DNA of 64,000 bases from Blastocatellia bacterium (GCA_963765495.1 CAVXWP010000008.1:608001-672000), one strand, 5' to 3'; positions 1-9,866 are shown, numbered from the stretch's first letter. Program-made: numbers and translations. Notes: generated from the sequence alone by a model not told the origin.

Positions 1-232
1 GCGAGAACATTTTTTTGTCGGCTCTGTGAATCGGCAGCCTCGAATGTCACGAGCCCGTCTTTTGTTCTTTCATTCGTCCAGTAGCCTCATTGTACACAAT
101 TGAGAGGGTGGTTTCCATACTAATTCCTGAGCAGGACAACGCTTATCGACCATTTCAGCAGGGTTACAACAAAAGCTTGACTGACCCTGTCGCGGGGCAA
201 TATAACTATCTGTCCGTTCAAGAGGAAACCGT

Positions 233-931
233 ATGGCAACCAGCCGCGAACAAACGACATTAAACGCATTGACACCAAAAGCATCTGAAATGGCCGGCGA
301 GACCGAGGCAAAATCAACCGAGGGACCCTGGGACTCGACCCGTGAGGTCGAAAGATTCTTTGATCTGATACTGGATGAACTGCGGGCCCTGCGAACCCGT
401 GCCGAGGTAGAAGCTATAGAACGCGCGGCCGATCTCATCCTGGAGAGTGAATCGCGGGGTGGACGGGTTCACGTAACCGGCATAGGCAAATCCGAGCACG
501 TAGCCCGCTACGTTGCCTCGTTGCTATCGAGTACCGGGACTCCTGCCTACTTTCTACACGCTACCGAATGTATACACGGATCGGCTGGTCAGGTCCGGCA
601 GGAGGATATAACGATCGCCGTATCCAACAGCGGTTCAACCCCCGAGTTGATGGCGGCAGTCGAAACACTTCACTCTATCGGCACAAAAATAATAGGGGTT
701 TCCGGCAACCGGGAATCGCCGCTGGCCAAAGCCTCAGATGTATTGCTTATAGTAGATATAGCCGGTGAGGGCGGGTTGATAGACATCGTCCCACGGGCGA
801 GCATACTGGCAAAGATTTACATACTCTGCGGTCTTTCAATCTCCCTTGAATCTCGAAAGGGGCTCACACGCGAGCAGTATGCCAAATGGCATCCCGGCGG
901 CGCGCTTGGAAGACTCGCTCGCGGAGAATGA
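233..931 (+). CDS. SIS-domain sugar-phosphate isomerase, KpsF/GutQ (arabinose-5-phosphate isomerase) family, without CBS domains
   Basis: Motifs VHVTGIGKS, SSTGTPAYFLHATECIHG, AVSNSGSTPE and C-terminal HPGGALG match KpsF/KdsD/GutQ. RBS AGAGGA precedes the ATG. Confidence 0.85.
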   Translation: MATSREQTTLNALTPKASEMAGETEAKSTEGPWDSTREVERFFDLILDELRALRTRAEVEAIERAADLILESESRGGRVHVTGIGKSEHVARYVASLLSSTGTPAYFLHATECIHGSAGQVRQEDITIAVSNSGSTPELMAAVETLHSIGTKIIGVSGNRESPLAKASDVLLIVDIAGEGGLIDIVPRASILAKIYILCGLSISLESRKGLTREQYAKWHPGGALGRLARGE

Positions 932-932
932 A

Positions 933-1112
933 CAGTAGGCAGTAGGCAGTTTTTTAAGTATAGGTATCGCTTTCTATCCAACTTTCTGACTAGAGAAGTT
1001 GAAATAGGCCGCGGATGACGCGGATGCGACGGATTTACGCGGATCTGATCATGGCTTCAAAAAACTGCCTACTGCCTACTGCCTACTGCTTACTGCTCAC
1101 TGTTCACTGCCC
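933..1112. repeat. Inverted pair of 7-bp-period arrays (CAGTAGG)n / (ACTGCCT)n between convergent genes
   Basis: 933-955 and 1059-1081 are a perfect 23-bp inverted repeat. The right array continues as degenerate ACTGCYY units to 1112 and overlaps the YceI stop codon. Confidence 0.9.
996..1048 (+). repeat. Dispersed ~53-bp element with 9-bp-period CGGAT units
   Basis: 48/53 identical by manual alignment to the reverse complement of 53651-53703. Confidence 0.85.
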
Positions 1113-1790
1113 GGATGCGACGATATCGAATGAAAACTTCAGCTCGTCTTTGACCTTGATTGTGCCGGCCGCCGCAGTAACCTGCTCGATGTTATAATCG
1201 GACTGCTTCAAAGGGAAATCTCCATGCGCGCGGAGGTTATTTCCCTCCTGTGTCAGGGTCGCGCTTATAAAGCCGCTTTGCGTGACTCCGTGCAGAGTCA
1301 GGTTGCCAAATATCTTTGCGCGGTACTGGCCTTCGGCGATCTTGTCCAGGTCGATCTTTGTGCTCTTGAAAACAATGTCGGGGTACCTGGAGGTTTCAAG
1401 GACCTTCTGCCGCATCTTCTGTTCGATCTCCTGCTTATCGCTGGCGCTGACTTTATCTGTGAGAGAAAGCGAGTCGGCCTTGATGGTCATTTGAAATGAG
1501 GCCGGCTGTAGCGTCCCCGGCGTAAGCCGCGCTTCCCCCGAAAAATCGCGTATCGAAATGACGTGATCATGGGCAAAACCTGAGAGGAAACCGCCTACGA
1601 ATACTTTTACCAGGAAACGACTCCTGGCGGCATCCAATCTGTAGCTGCCGCCAAGAGGGGCTGACGCAAGCATCTCGGATGAAACAACTTCCGGGTCGGG
1701 TGAGACCGCTTCGATATGAAGGGGTGGGAATGAAATTGTTAGTATGATCGTCACAAGCAGCCCGCGAATTAAAACGCTAAACTTATCCAT
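1104..1790 (-). CDS. YceI family periplasmic lipid/polyisoprenoid-binding protein
   Basis: Signal peptide; YPDIVFKST, GNLTLHGVT and LKQSDYNI motifs typical of YceI. Confidence 0.85.
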   Translation of the reverse strand: MDKFSVLIRGLLVTIILTISFPPLHIEAVSPDPEVVSSEMLASAPLGGSYRLDAARSRFLVKVFVGGFLSGFAHDHVISIRDFSGEARLTPGTLQPASFQMTIKADSLSLTDKVSASDKQEIEQKMRQKVLETSRYPDIVFKSTKIDLDKIAEGQYRAKIFGNLTLHGVTQSGFISATLTQEGNNLRAHGDFPLKQSDYNIEQVTAAAGTIKVKDELKFSFDIVASGQ

Positions 1791-1957
1791 AAATGTTACA
1801 TCTCCTAAACTTATTTCGGTCCCTCTGTCGGACCTGGCTCATATCGGCAATCCTTTTCGTGCGCTGGTCTTACGAACACCGCTACCCTTATGATGCCGAG
1901 CCTCATATAAATAGACGCCCGGATTCGGGGAAAGATACATGTGAAGGTTTTTAAACT

Positions 1958-2815
1958 TCAGGAATTTGAGGAAAGCACTGTTCCGGTCACGATGATGACA
2001 CGGGCGGGAAATTGCATTGTGCCTTGCGGGAAAAATTCTTTTGCCGAGTCGCGCACCTCCTGCGCAACGCTGATCAATTGCTTTTCTGACAGACGGGCTA
2101 CTTTAGCCCGCAGTGTGTCGCTCATCTCGACGCGCAGAGGCCAGAACTCTTCGAGAGTGACAGGCGCTTCCATGTGGAAATCCACTATCCGTTCAGTCAC
2201 CGTGGTTGCGCCCGCCTTTTGCATAAAAGGGCCGATCAATCCGGGGCGGTCGAATCGGAAGGCTCCCGGCGCATCGGGAGCCTCCTCGACAGGCTCGATA
2301 TAATGAGCCATCACATCTGTGACGATGCGAAAAAACGGATTGAAATCGTTGCTCTGCCAGGCCGCGACCGATACTCTGCCTCCTGGCTTTGTGACTCTCA
2401 GCATCTCGCTCAGCGCACAGTCGGGATCAGTGAAAAACATGATCCCAAGCCTCGAGACTGTTGCATTGAACGTATCAGAGTCGAAGGGTAGCGACTCGGC
2501 CAGGCATTGTTGAAATCTTACGTTTGACAACTGTCGGCGGCTGGCTTCGCGTTCCGCCGCATCGAGCATCGGACGGACGGCATCGGTGCAGACTACTCGT
2601 CCCGACTCCCCGACCATCTGAGCTATTGTCAGCGAAGGCTCACCCGCCCCACCGGCTATATCCAGGACGATATCACCGGTTGAGATGCACGATTCTTGAA
2701 TCAAAGCGCGGGTGATCGGCGAAAGCATGCGCGTGATCGGACGGCGGTGTTTTTCCCAATAGAAGGCCGATTCGCTCCAGGCCCGCAAGATGTCGTCTGA
2801 TTGATCGGGGTTCAT
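1958..2815 (-). CDS. Class I SAM-dependent methyltransferase (UbiE-like)
   Basis: SAM motif VLDIAGGAGEP, plus AESLPF and EMLRVTKPGG. Start moved to ATG 2815 because the upstream extension looks non-coding. Confidence 0.85.
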   Translation of the reverse strand: MNPDQSDDILRAWSESAFYWEKHRRPITRMLSPITRALIQESCISTGDIVLDIAGGAGEPSLTIAQMVGESGRVVCTDAVRPMLDAAEREASRRQLSNVRFQQCLAESLPFDSDTFNATVSRLGIMFFTDPDCALSEMLRVTKPGGRVSVAAWQSNDFNPFFRIVTDVMAHYIEPVEEAPDAPGAFRFDRPGLIGPFMQKAGATTVTERIVDFHMEAPVTLEEFWPLRVEMSDTLRAKVARLSEKQLISVAQEVRDSAKEFFPQGTMQFPARVIIVTGTVLSSNS

Positions 2816-2964
2816 ATCGTATAGAACTATCTTAGCCGATTTTATGAATCCCGGACAATCGGCAAATTGGCGACCGCCTGACTCTGAAGAAAAAAAGGCC
2901 CGTCTCTCACTCCCCCCAGATGCTGCGAGACGGGCGCTCCTGCTCCATAAATGTCGGAGCAAGT

Positions 2965-3501
2965 CTAATCCTTTATCTTTTCACCTATTTTTTTGACACC
3001 CTTACCAACCTTTTCCGCTCCCTTTTTGGCTCCCTTACCAATTGCCTTTCCCACATCCTTGCTCGTATCAACGGTCTTGTCGGCTACATCCTCAGATTTA
3101 TCGCCAACCTCTTCACCTACGTGTTTTGTCGTATCCCATGTCTTGTTTGCCGCATCAGCGATGGTATTAGCCGTGGCATCCATAATATCTTCTACGGTGC
3201 TCTTGTCTTCAATATCGACATTGCGATCATCGCGAAATTCAACCCGGGCTGTCTGTTCGCCGTTTGGCCGCGTGGTCCGTGTTACGCGAGCCACTTCGCC
3301 TGTCTTGAACGTTCTGACTTCGGTCTTGGTCCCGTCAGGTGACTGGGTCACAGCGACGGTCGAACCGTCTTCCTTCTCAACCTCTTTTGCATCGGTTCCG
3401 GCGTATGGTTTGTTCAGATGATCCTCATCGGTAGCGCATCCGATCACACTAAAAATCAGCACGCTTATTAGAATCACGATTGCGAGTCTCACTGGCTTCA
3501 T
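2965..3501 (-). CDS. Hypothetical lipoprotein with a charged, repetitive helical (LEA/CsbD-like) C-terminus
   Basis: MKPVR, hydrophobic stretch, then lipobox VIGC. RBS AGAGG upstream. C-terminus has K/D/E/G/A/T-rich repeats. Confidence 0.7.
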   Translation of the reverse strand: MKPVRLAIVILISVLIFSVIGCATDEDHLNKPYAGTDAKEVEKEDGSTVAVTQSPDGTKTEVRTFKTGEVARVTRTTRPNGEQTARVEFRDDRNVDIEDKSTVEDIMDATANTIADAANKTWDTTKHVGEEVGDKSEDVADKTVDTSKDVGKAIGKGAKKGAEKVGKGVKKIGEKIKD

Positions 3502-3552
3502 GGCACATCCATCCTCTCTTAAAATCTGGTTCAATATTGCGAAAATTAGAGT

Positions 3553-3569
3553 GGCAAGAGGCGTGCCAG
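3553..3569 (-). promoter_or_regulatory. Sigma-54 (-24/-12) promoter of the lipoprotein gene
   Basis: Minus strand reads CTGGCACGCCTCTTGCC, an exact TGGCAC-N5-TTGC match about 50 nt upstream of the ATG. Confidence 0.75.
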
Positions 3570-3723
3570 TCGGCCGGGGCGCTGAAAAATCGCCGTATTT
3601 GCGGGGGATTACACAAAGATCACGCGCAGAAGGGCGGAAAGGTAGGAGGTGGCAAGTATTAAATCCGCACGCGAAGGAAATTACTGCGTATCAAACTTTG
3701 ACAGTGGGCTCTTTGCTTCAAGA

Positions 3724-4992
3724 CTATTCGAATTTCTTAAAGACGAGCGCAGAGTTTTTCGAGCCGAACGCGATGCAATTGCACAGTGCCGCATCGATTC
3801 GCATTTCGCGGCCTACGTTTGGGACATAATCCAGTTCACATTCAGGATCGGGCGTTTCCACGTTTATAGTCGGAGGAGCAAAATTGTTCTTCATAGCCAT
3901 CAATGTTGCTACAACTCCGGCCGCGCCCGAAGCTCCCTGCGGATGACCAACCATTGATTTTGTAGAGCTAGCCGGTATTTCGCGGGCCCTATCGCCAAAA
4001 GCGATGCGTACGGCGGCCGACTCCGTTCGGTCATTGATTCTGGTTGCAGTGCCGTGGAGGTTGAGATAATCGATCTGGTCTATGGTGAGTCCGGCGTTTT
4101 CCACCGCTCTTCTCATAGCTCGCGCCGCGTCGTGACCCGTGGGCGATATCTGGACTCTATGATAGGCATCACAGGTGGAATAATAGCCTGCGACCTCGGC
4201 GTAAATCTTAGCGCCGCGATTTAGCGCGTGTTCCATCTCTTCGAAGATCAGAATCCATGCGCCCTCGCCCAGTACGAACCCATCTCTATCTCCGTTGAAA
4301 GGCCGCGAGGCGCGCTGTGGCTCATCATTCCATTTGGTAGTGACCGTGCCCATACGACAGAAAGCGGTCATAAGACCAAAGGTAATGCAGGCTTCGACGC
4401 CGCCTGTCACGATGGTTTCCACCTGCCCCAGACGGATCATATTCATGGCATAACCCATGGCATCGGTCGAGCTCGTGCACCCGGTTGAAACCACATGGCT
4501 CATGCCGTGCAGTCTGAAAGCCATATTGATTTCGCTTGAGAGCATTCCTACGAAGGATGCGACGATGGAGTAAGGACTGACTCGCCTGTAAGCGGCCTGA
4601 TGATCGCCCTTGTCGTAATATTGCTTGTATTGACGTTCGGCAAACTCGATTCCACCCGCTCCTGTGCCTACGATCACGCCGATATTTTCGCGCTCTTCGG
4701 GCGTGAGCGATTCCAGATCAATCCCGGCATCCTGTGACGCTTCTTCCGCCGCATAGAACGCCATAGGAACAGCGCGCTGCACGCGATCTTTGTCCTTCTT
4801 GGTGACGTAGCGGTCAAAGTCGAAATCCTTTACTTCGGCTGCGACCTTGCAGGAGAGATCGGAAGCATCGAAAAGAGTGATCGGCCCGGTGCCGCTCTTA
4901 CCACTGGCTGTCGCTTTCCAGTAAGCCTCACGACCAATACCATTCGGGCTCACCGCTCCCATTCCGGTCACTACAACGCGCTTCAAAGTCAT
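3724..4992 (-). CDS. fabF: Beta-ketoacyl-ACP synthase II-like ketosynthase (FabF / type II PKS KS-alpha family)
   Basis: RVVVTGMG start, catalytic Cys in STGCTSS, HGTAT, STKSMVGH, DGFVLGEG and C-terminal AFG. Confidence 0.8.
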   Translation of the reverse strand: MTLKRVVVTGMGAVSPNGIGREAYWKATASGKSGTGPITLFDASDLSCKVAAEVKDFDFDRYVTKKDKDRVQRAVPMAFYAAEEASQDAGIDLESLTPEERENIGVIVGTGAGGIEFAERQYKQYYDKGDHQAAYRRVSPYSIVASFVGMLSSEINMAFRLHGMSHVVSTGCTSSTDAMGYAMNMIRLGQVETIVTGGVEACITFGLMTAFCRMGTVTTKWNDEPQRASRPFNGDRDGFVLGEGAWILIFEEMEHALNRGAKIYAEVAGYYSTCDAYHRVQISPTGHDAARAMRRAVENAGLTIDQIDYLNLHGTATRINDRTESAAVRIAFGDRAREIPASSTKSMVGHPQGASGAAGVVATLMAMKNNFAPPTINVETPDPECELDYVPNVGREMRIDAALCNCIAFGSKNSALVFKKFE

Positions 4993-5197
4993 CGTTTCCC
5001 TCCTCCGATTAATAATGTTCGACTTTTTACCGAGGCCAACTATCCTGATTCTACCCTAAAAGGACCGCTTATTGCCATTCCAGATGGTCAAGGCAAAGAA
5101 TTCAGAATTGCCACAGAGGCATAGAAGCACAGCGAAATGAAGAGAAAACAGACTCTTTTGCTTTGTTCACTGCGACAAATTAGCTCTCTTTTCAAGC

Positions 5198-5887
5198 TCA
5201 CTTCTGCCCGGTCAAGCTTATAAGCAGAGACCTCGCAATCTCGCGGTCTCTCTGATTTTCAAATTCCCATTCGGGGTCAATATCGGTCCTGACCACCTGC
5301 TCCAACATGCGAATGGCGCGGGCACGATCTCCGTATTCGAACTCACGTTCAAAGGCATAGAGCAGGGTAACAGTATTATCTGGAGCAATCCTGAGTGCGC
5401 GGTCAAAGCATTCGCGGCTTCGCCTCCGGCTCCCGCCAAGCAACCGGGGCGCTTTATGTTCCAGGCGGCCCAGGACGCGCAACGGCCCCGCTCCGTGATA
5501 TGCATCTGAGATTGCGACGGCTCGCCGCAACTCATTGCGAGCGCGCATGAGCGCCAGTGCCGCTCTCCAGCCCCCATCGCTTTCCGCAAACAGGGCCAGG
5601 TTTACACCGAGCCAGAAATGCCCTTCTACTCGTTCAGGCGATAGTCTGGCGGCCCTTTTACCCGCGCCGATGGCGGCGGCGTGCAATTGCCGCTTTGAAC
5701 CGGCGGAATCTGCCTCCTGCCCGAGAAAAAACAGCGCGCGCGCAAGTCTCCATTGCACTTCGAATCGCTCGGCTCCATCCAGGGCCCCAGACATAAGCTT
5801 TACAGATTCTCTAACCGAATCAATACTTGACCGCCCTCGGTACAGTTCGTCAGCTCGATTAATCAATGCAAATATATCGTCCTGCAT
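5198..5887 (-). CDS. TPR-like helical repeat protein (TatT/RMD-like)
   Basis: Helical repeats WRLARALFF, EGHFWLGV and LRVLGRL...APRLLGG; no signal peptide; co-oriented with the MMPL cluster. Confidence 0.6.
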   Translation of the reverse strand: MQDDIFALINRADELYRGRSSIDSVRESVKLMSGALDGAERFEVQWRLARALFFLGQEADSAGSKRQLHAAAIGAGKRAARLSPERVEGHFWLGVNLALFAESDGGWRAALALMRARNELRRAVAISDAYHGAGPLRVLGRLEHKAPRLLGGSRRRSRECFDRALRIAPDNTVTLLYAFEREFEYGDRARAIRMLEQVVRTDIDPEWEFENQRDREIARSLLISLTGQK

Positions 5888-5908
5888 GAGCTTGAGGGCA
5901 AAGAATAG

Positions 5909-5957
5909 AGAGCTAAGAGTTAAGAGCCAGGAGTCAAGAGCGAGGAGCTAAGAGTCC
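5909..5957. repeat. Unpaired 7-bp-period array (AGAGYYA)n
   Basis: AGAGCTA AGAGTTA AGAGCCA GGAGTCA AGAGCGA GGAGCTA AGAGTCC. Confidence 0.75.
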
Positions 5958-5990
5958 TTAACACCTTGCTCTATACAATCTGCCAGTTCC

Positions 5991-6857
5991 CTATCTGGTA
6001 GCAATTTTCTTCAGATGCTCTTGCGTAAAGAGTGAATCCGCCGGGGCCGTGTCATATTTCGCGCTCAAGGTTTTGAAACGAATTTTCTTGTTTCGCGCTA
6101 CATTGTCCACGTGCCAATCCATTCGGGTCCAGTAATTGTCAACCTGTTTCATCTCGTCCACTCTCATGCGACGGATGAGGTCGTTCTGACTGTCGTAAAA
6201 GTCCGCGCCCAGAGCCGTATAATTGTCTTCAGAAATCATGAGATCAATACGCGGAAACTTCGATTCCGCGCCTTCCTTCAGCTTGCCCTGCATGCGATAA
6301 ACGGGCAACGAACCTACTTTATCTTCTCCGGCAAGAGTGAAGTCATATTTTTCAGCCTGACCGTAGGCAAGCTCCTGAAGAGTCATGCCAAAAAGCGAAT
6401 CTTCGCTTGCCGGGTCGGTCACTGTGACAAAGTTATTGGTGCTCTGAGCGTAGCGTGTAGCGCTCACATCCCCTCTGGGGCTAAATTTAATCAAGGCCGA
6501 GCGGTCGCTTTCAATCGGCGGCGCAGTAAACTCGATCAGCATCAGTTGAGTGCCGTCAGCCTGCTTTTTTTCGTAAGTAGTCATCTGGATTTCTCGACTG
6601 CTCCCGTTTGAATCCACGATCTGTACCTGCATTTCGATAGTGCTGCCGGGCGGGGCAGGCAGCGAGCGGTAATGCTGCATGATCTCTTCGGAAGACGCTT
6701 GATTTGCGGCTTTCTTATCCCCAGAAGATGTATTCCCAATGTTTTCGGTATTCGACCCACAGGCAAACGATGCAATCGACAGCGCACACAAACCTGCCAG
6801 GGCCAGCAGGTTCTTCAGCCTCTCTTTTGAGGCTGATTTCACAATCCTTTTTTTCAT
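5991..6857 (-). CDS. LolA-like (outer-membrane lipoprotein-sorting family) lipoprotein
   Basis: Lipobox SFAC; IEFTAP, SLFG, DFYD and C-terminal SLFTQEHL typical of LolA-like partners of MMPL transporters. Confidence 0.75.
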   Translation of the reverse strand: MKKRIVKSASKERLKNLLALAGLCALSIASFACGSNTENIGNTSSGDKKAANQASSEEIMQHYRSLPAPPGSTIEMQVQIVDSNGSSREIQMTTYEKKQADGTQLMLIEFTAPPIESDRSALIKFSPRGDVSATRYAQSTNNFVTVTDPASEDSLFGMTLQELAYGQAEKYDFTLAGEDKVGSLPVYRMQGKLKEGAESKFPRIDLMISEDNYTALGADFYDSQNDLIRRMRVDEMKQVDNYWTRMDWHVDNVARNKKIRFKTLSAKYDTAPADSLFTQEHLKKIATR

Positions 6858-6893
6858 ATTTTAAATCACCATTTTTGATCTACTCACTATCGC

Positions 6894-9266
6894 TCAATCC
6901 ACAACTTTCTCTACACCCGTAAATTCTTTTTCTGACATCCGGTCTTCTGGCGGTTGAGAATCGCCCAGCGTGACATGAGAAAAAAGTCTCGATCTCATCA
7001 GAACCGGCAGAAATATAAGATCGGCAGCCAGACAGGCAATTATGGTCACCGCCCACAGCATCCCCGCAATGCGGACCGGGATAAACGAGGATAACATGAA
7101 GATCAGGAAAGCGGCCACCAGCATCAAATTCGCCAGCACCATCGGTTTACCCGTCCTGAGTACGGTGAGCCACATCGCCCAGCCTTCGGTATCCTCCGAA
7201 TGTGCGCTTTCGAAAACCGCCTGTCTGTACCGGCGAATCATGTGCACCGCGTTGTCTACTGCCAGTCCAAGTACGGAACTCGCTACGAGGCTCGTAGTGA
7301 TGTCAAGAGTATAGCCGGACCAGCCGAGAAAGCCGAAGAAGCAGACTATCGGAAGAAGATTTGGGATCAGCGCGAGCAGCCCTGTTGCAAACGACCTGAA
7401 CAGGAAGGCCATCATCAGGTAAATCGAAACCAGCGCAATTCCAAGACTCCAGGATTGCGATGCTGCCACAGCATCCGAGGCATCGTTTAACAGAACTATC
7501 GACCCTGTGACGCGAGCCGTGATCGAAGAACCGAGATTCGCTCGGGACCATACCAGCAACTTGTCGGTCAGCGCCCGGAGCTTGTTTGAGTCAAACAGAT
7601 TAGTGTTTAAGACAACAAGCGCTCGCGCTCGATCCGGGCTTACAAGCCGCGAAAGCGACTCGTCTTGAGAAAGGTAATCGTCATAAATGGCCTTGAGCCT
7701 CGCAGGGTCTTTGGGCAATTGCTCCCGGCTTTCGGGCGAGGAATCGAGCCTGCTGTTTAATCTTTTGATGATATCGGTGACTGAAAGAACCGCATCAACG
7801 CCTTCCTGATTCGAAGCAAACTCTTCAAGCGCTTCCACTCTCTCTAAAAAGGCCGGGTCCGTGGCCGCCCCTTCCGACCCGGTCACAACTATCTGAACCG
7901 GAGCAGCGCCTGCCAGCCGCTCGTGAAGTTTGTCGGCCGCCTGAACCGTCTCGCTCGAATCGGGAAATATCTTCAGATAATCCGTATTCACCCTAAGCCA
8001 GTAAGCGCCAGCCCCTGTGACACATGTAATCACAAAGGCCGCGATCAAAACCCCTCGCCCGCGAAACATTATCCAGGCGGTGATGTTTCGCAGTATGGGG
8101 TTTAACCATGTAGCATAATCTTTCTCTCCCGAGTGGCCACGCATCAGCGCATCGCGAGGAAGCAGTGTAAGCACAGCCGGTATAAAAGCAAGCGACAGGA
8201 CAAGCATGAAAAATACGCCAAGAGACTCGAACATCCCCATATCGCGTACCGTCGGGACGGGGCTCGACCCGAGCGCCCCAAAGCCTGCCATCGTCGTCGT
8301 CCCTGATACGAGAACCGCCGGGCCTATGAATTTGAGCCCCTCAAGCCAGGACTCGCGCCTCGCTGCTGAATCGGTCTCTTGCCCTAATCGAACCATCGAT
8401 ATGCGATACTGGTTCAGCATGTGAAAGAGATAAGAACTGCCTACGGCCATCAGTGTTGTCGGCAGCGACAGCGTAGCGAAGGTGATGGGATAGCCGAGCA
8501 ACCTCATAAGTCCGATTGTCCATATCAGACCTATTACAAGAGCCGCCATTGGGAGTGCGGCCCCCCAGAAACTGCGAAAGGCGACAAGAAAGACGAGAAA
8601 TGAAAGAATCAAGGCTATGGGCGAAAGCACCAGCATATCACGCACCATGCTGCGTACTCCTCGCGCATCGAGGATCGGCACACCACACACCATATTATCG
8701 TACTGACCCGCCACTTCCCTGACCACCTCTTCCACCCGTCCGGCAGTCGCGCGAGATTCCGCCTCGTCAAGCGGCGCAAGGAAGATATTAACGGCGGCCG
8801 TCCGCCCGTCTGCCGAGATGTAGTGCTTTACATATAGCGGGTCTGCGGTGATCTCTTGTCTGATCTGGCGCAGTTGCTCCGGCGTGGCACCACGAGGGAT
8901 CAGCTTTTCTACAACCACCCCCCGATCATCTCTGCGAACCGATTTTATGTTGGTAAGACTCAGAGTGTCGGTGACACCTTTGACGGCGGCGAGGCGAGTG
9001 GTGAGGCGACCGAGGTCGGCAATAAAGTCGGGTGTGAATACATCGTCCGTCGTAAGCCCCACGACGATGACCCGGTCATCTCCGAAGGTCGAACGAATCT
9101 CGTTAAAGAATTGTAGTTCCTTGTCGTGTCGGGTAAGAGTCTCGGGAGAACCGTTAAAGACTACGCCTCGCGTGGCCATTACGGCGGCCAACCAGATGGT
9201 TATCGCCAGGGTGGCGGCTATCACTATTTTCGGACGACTGACAACGAGCTTTCCTATTCTATTCAT
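6894..9266 (-). CDS. MMPL/RND family lipid exporter
   Basis: Two repeats of TM, periplasmic domain and five TMs; GLAVDNAVH and TTMAGFGAL motifs. Confidence 0.9.
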   Translation of the reverse strand: MNRIGKLVVSRPKIVIAATLAITIWLAAVMATRGVVFNGSPETLTRHDKELQFFNEIRSTFGDDRVIVVGLTTDDVFTPDFIADLGRLTTRLAAVKGVTDTLSLTNIKSVRRDDRGVVVEKLIPRGATPEQLRQIRQEITADPLYVKHYISADGRTAAVNIFLAPLDEAESRATAGRVEEVVREVAGQYDNMVCGVPILDARGVRSMVRDMLVLSPIALILSFLVFLVAFRSFWGAALPMAALVIGLIWTIGLMRLLGYPITFATLSLPTTLMAVGSSYLFHMLNQYRISMVRLGQETDSAARRESWLEGLKFIGPAVLVSGTTTMAGFGALGSSPVPTVRDMGMFESLGVFFMLVLSLAFIPAVLTLLPRDALMRGHSGEKDYATWLNPILRNITAWIMFRGRGVLIAAFVITCVTGAGAYWLRVNTDYLKIFPDSSETVQAADKLHERLAGAAPVQIVVTGSEGAATDPAFLERVEALEEFASNQEGVDAVLSVTDIIKRLNSRLDSSPESREQLPKDPARLKAIYDDYLSQDESLSRLVSPDRARALVVLNTNLFDSNKLRALTDKLLVWSRANLGSSITARVTGSIVLLNDASDAVAASQSWSLGIALVSIYLMMAFLFRSFATGLLALIPNLLPIVCFFGFLGWSGYTLDITTSLVASSVLGLAVDNAVHMIRRYRQAVFESAHSEDTEGWAMWLTVLRTGKPMVLANLMLVAAFLIFMLSSFIPVRIAGMLWAVTIIACLAADLIFLPVLMRSRLFSHVTLGDSQPPEDRMSEKEFTGVEKVVD

Positions 9267-9518
9267 CCTAAAAAAGTTGCAGTGTCGAGCTTTATAGTTG
9301 CCTGAGCGTCCGACTATACGCGATAGAAGTAAAGCGCGTCAAATCGCGGGCCAGCCTGTGTGCAGGTCTGGAAATATCCGAAAGCCGCTATTCTTGAGTC
9401 GGGTTTTCTTCTTTGTTATACTCGATAGTGTAGTTTCATGCCTCACCGGGGCAATTGTCAAATCAGGATGCCAATTTTATCTCGCGTCGTTGCGCGGATC
9501 GAAAAGGTCGAATATACG

Positions 9519-9788
9519 ATGGACGAATTGGTGCTTCACCCGAACGCTTTAGCCAGAATCGGCCATCGGCTTATAAAAATAGGGCGTCAGGAAGCTTTTT
9601 TGAACGACAATGCCCGGCTCGCGCCGGGTTGGTTTGCCAGGTTAGAACCTTCGTCCCACGAAACGAAAATACATCCCTGCGTCCCCTTCGCAGAGACCGC
9701 CCCTCAGACATTAGAGACCGAAGCTGCTGATGACTTTCGGGCCGACACCTTTTTTCGCTCCATGAAGGTACTCTTAGCTCCCCTGTAA
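9519..9788 (+). CDS. Possible small hypothetical protein (89 aa)
   Basis: ORF with an AAAAGG upstream fills the gap before the Clp ATPase; no recognised motif. Confidence 0.3.
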   Translation: MDELVLHPNALARIGHRLIKIGRQEAFLNDNARLAPGWFARLEPSSHETKIHPCVPFAETAPQTLETEAADDFRADTFFRSMKVLLAPL

Positions 9789-9866
9789 AATTGAAATGCA
9801 CCCTGAAAGGGCTTGCTCTGTCACGGTAATTTTCTTTATGCTCAGAAACAGGAAGTAAGACAAGAA

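Noticed and set aside
1015-1197. Small ORFs MTRMRRIYADL... and MRRIYADL... (53415-53675) that look like a peptide family
   Set aside because: They are translations of the same non-coding repeat element, not genes.
9690-9745. GCTGATGACTTTC resembling the 3' end of a fluoride riboswitch
   Set aside because: No matching 5' pseudoknot strand and no fluoride-related gene downstream.
9790-9866. CIRCE or CtsR heat-shock operator upstream of the Clp ATPase
   Set aside because: No TTAGCACTC-N9-GAGTGCTAA or convincing GGTCAAA repeat found.
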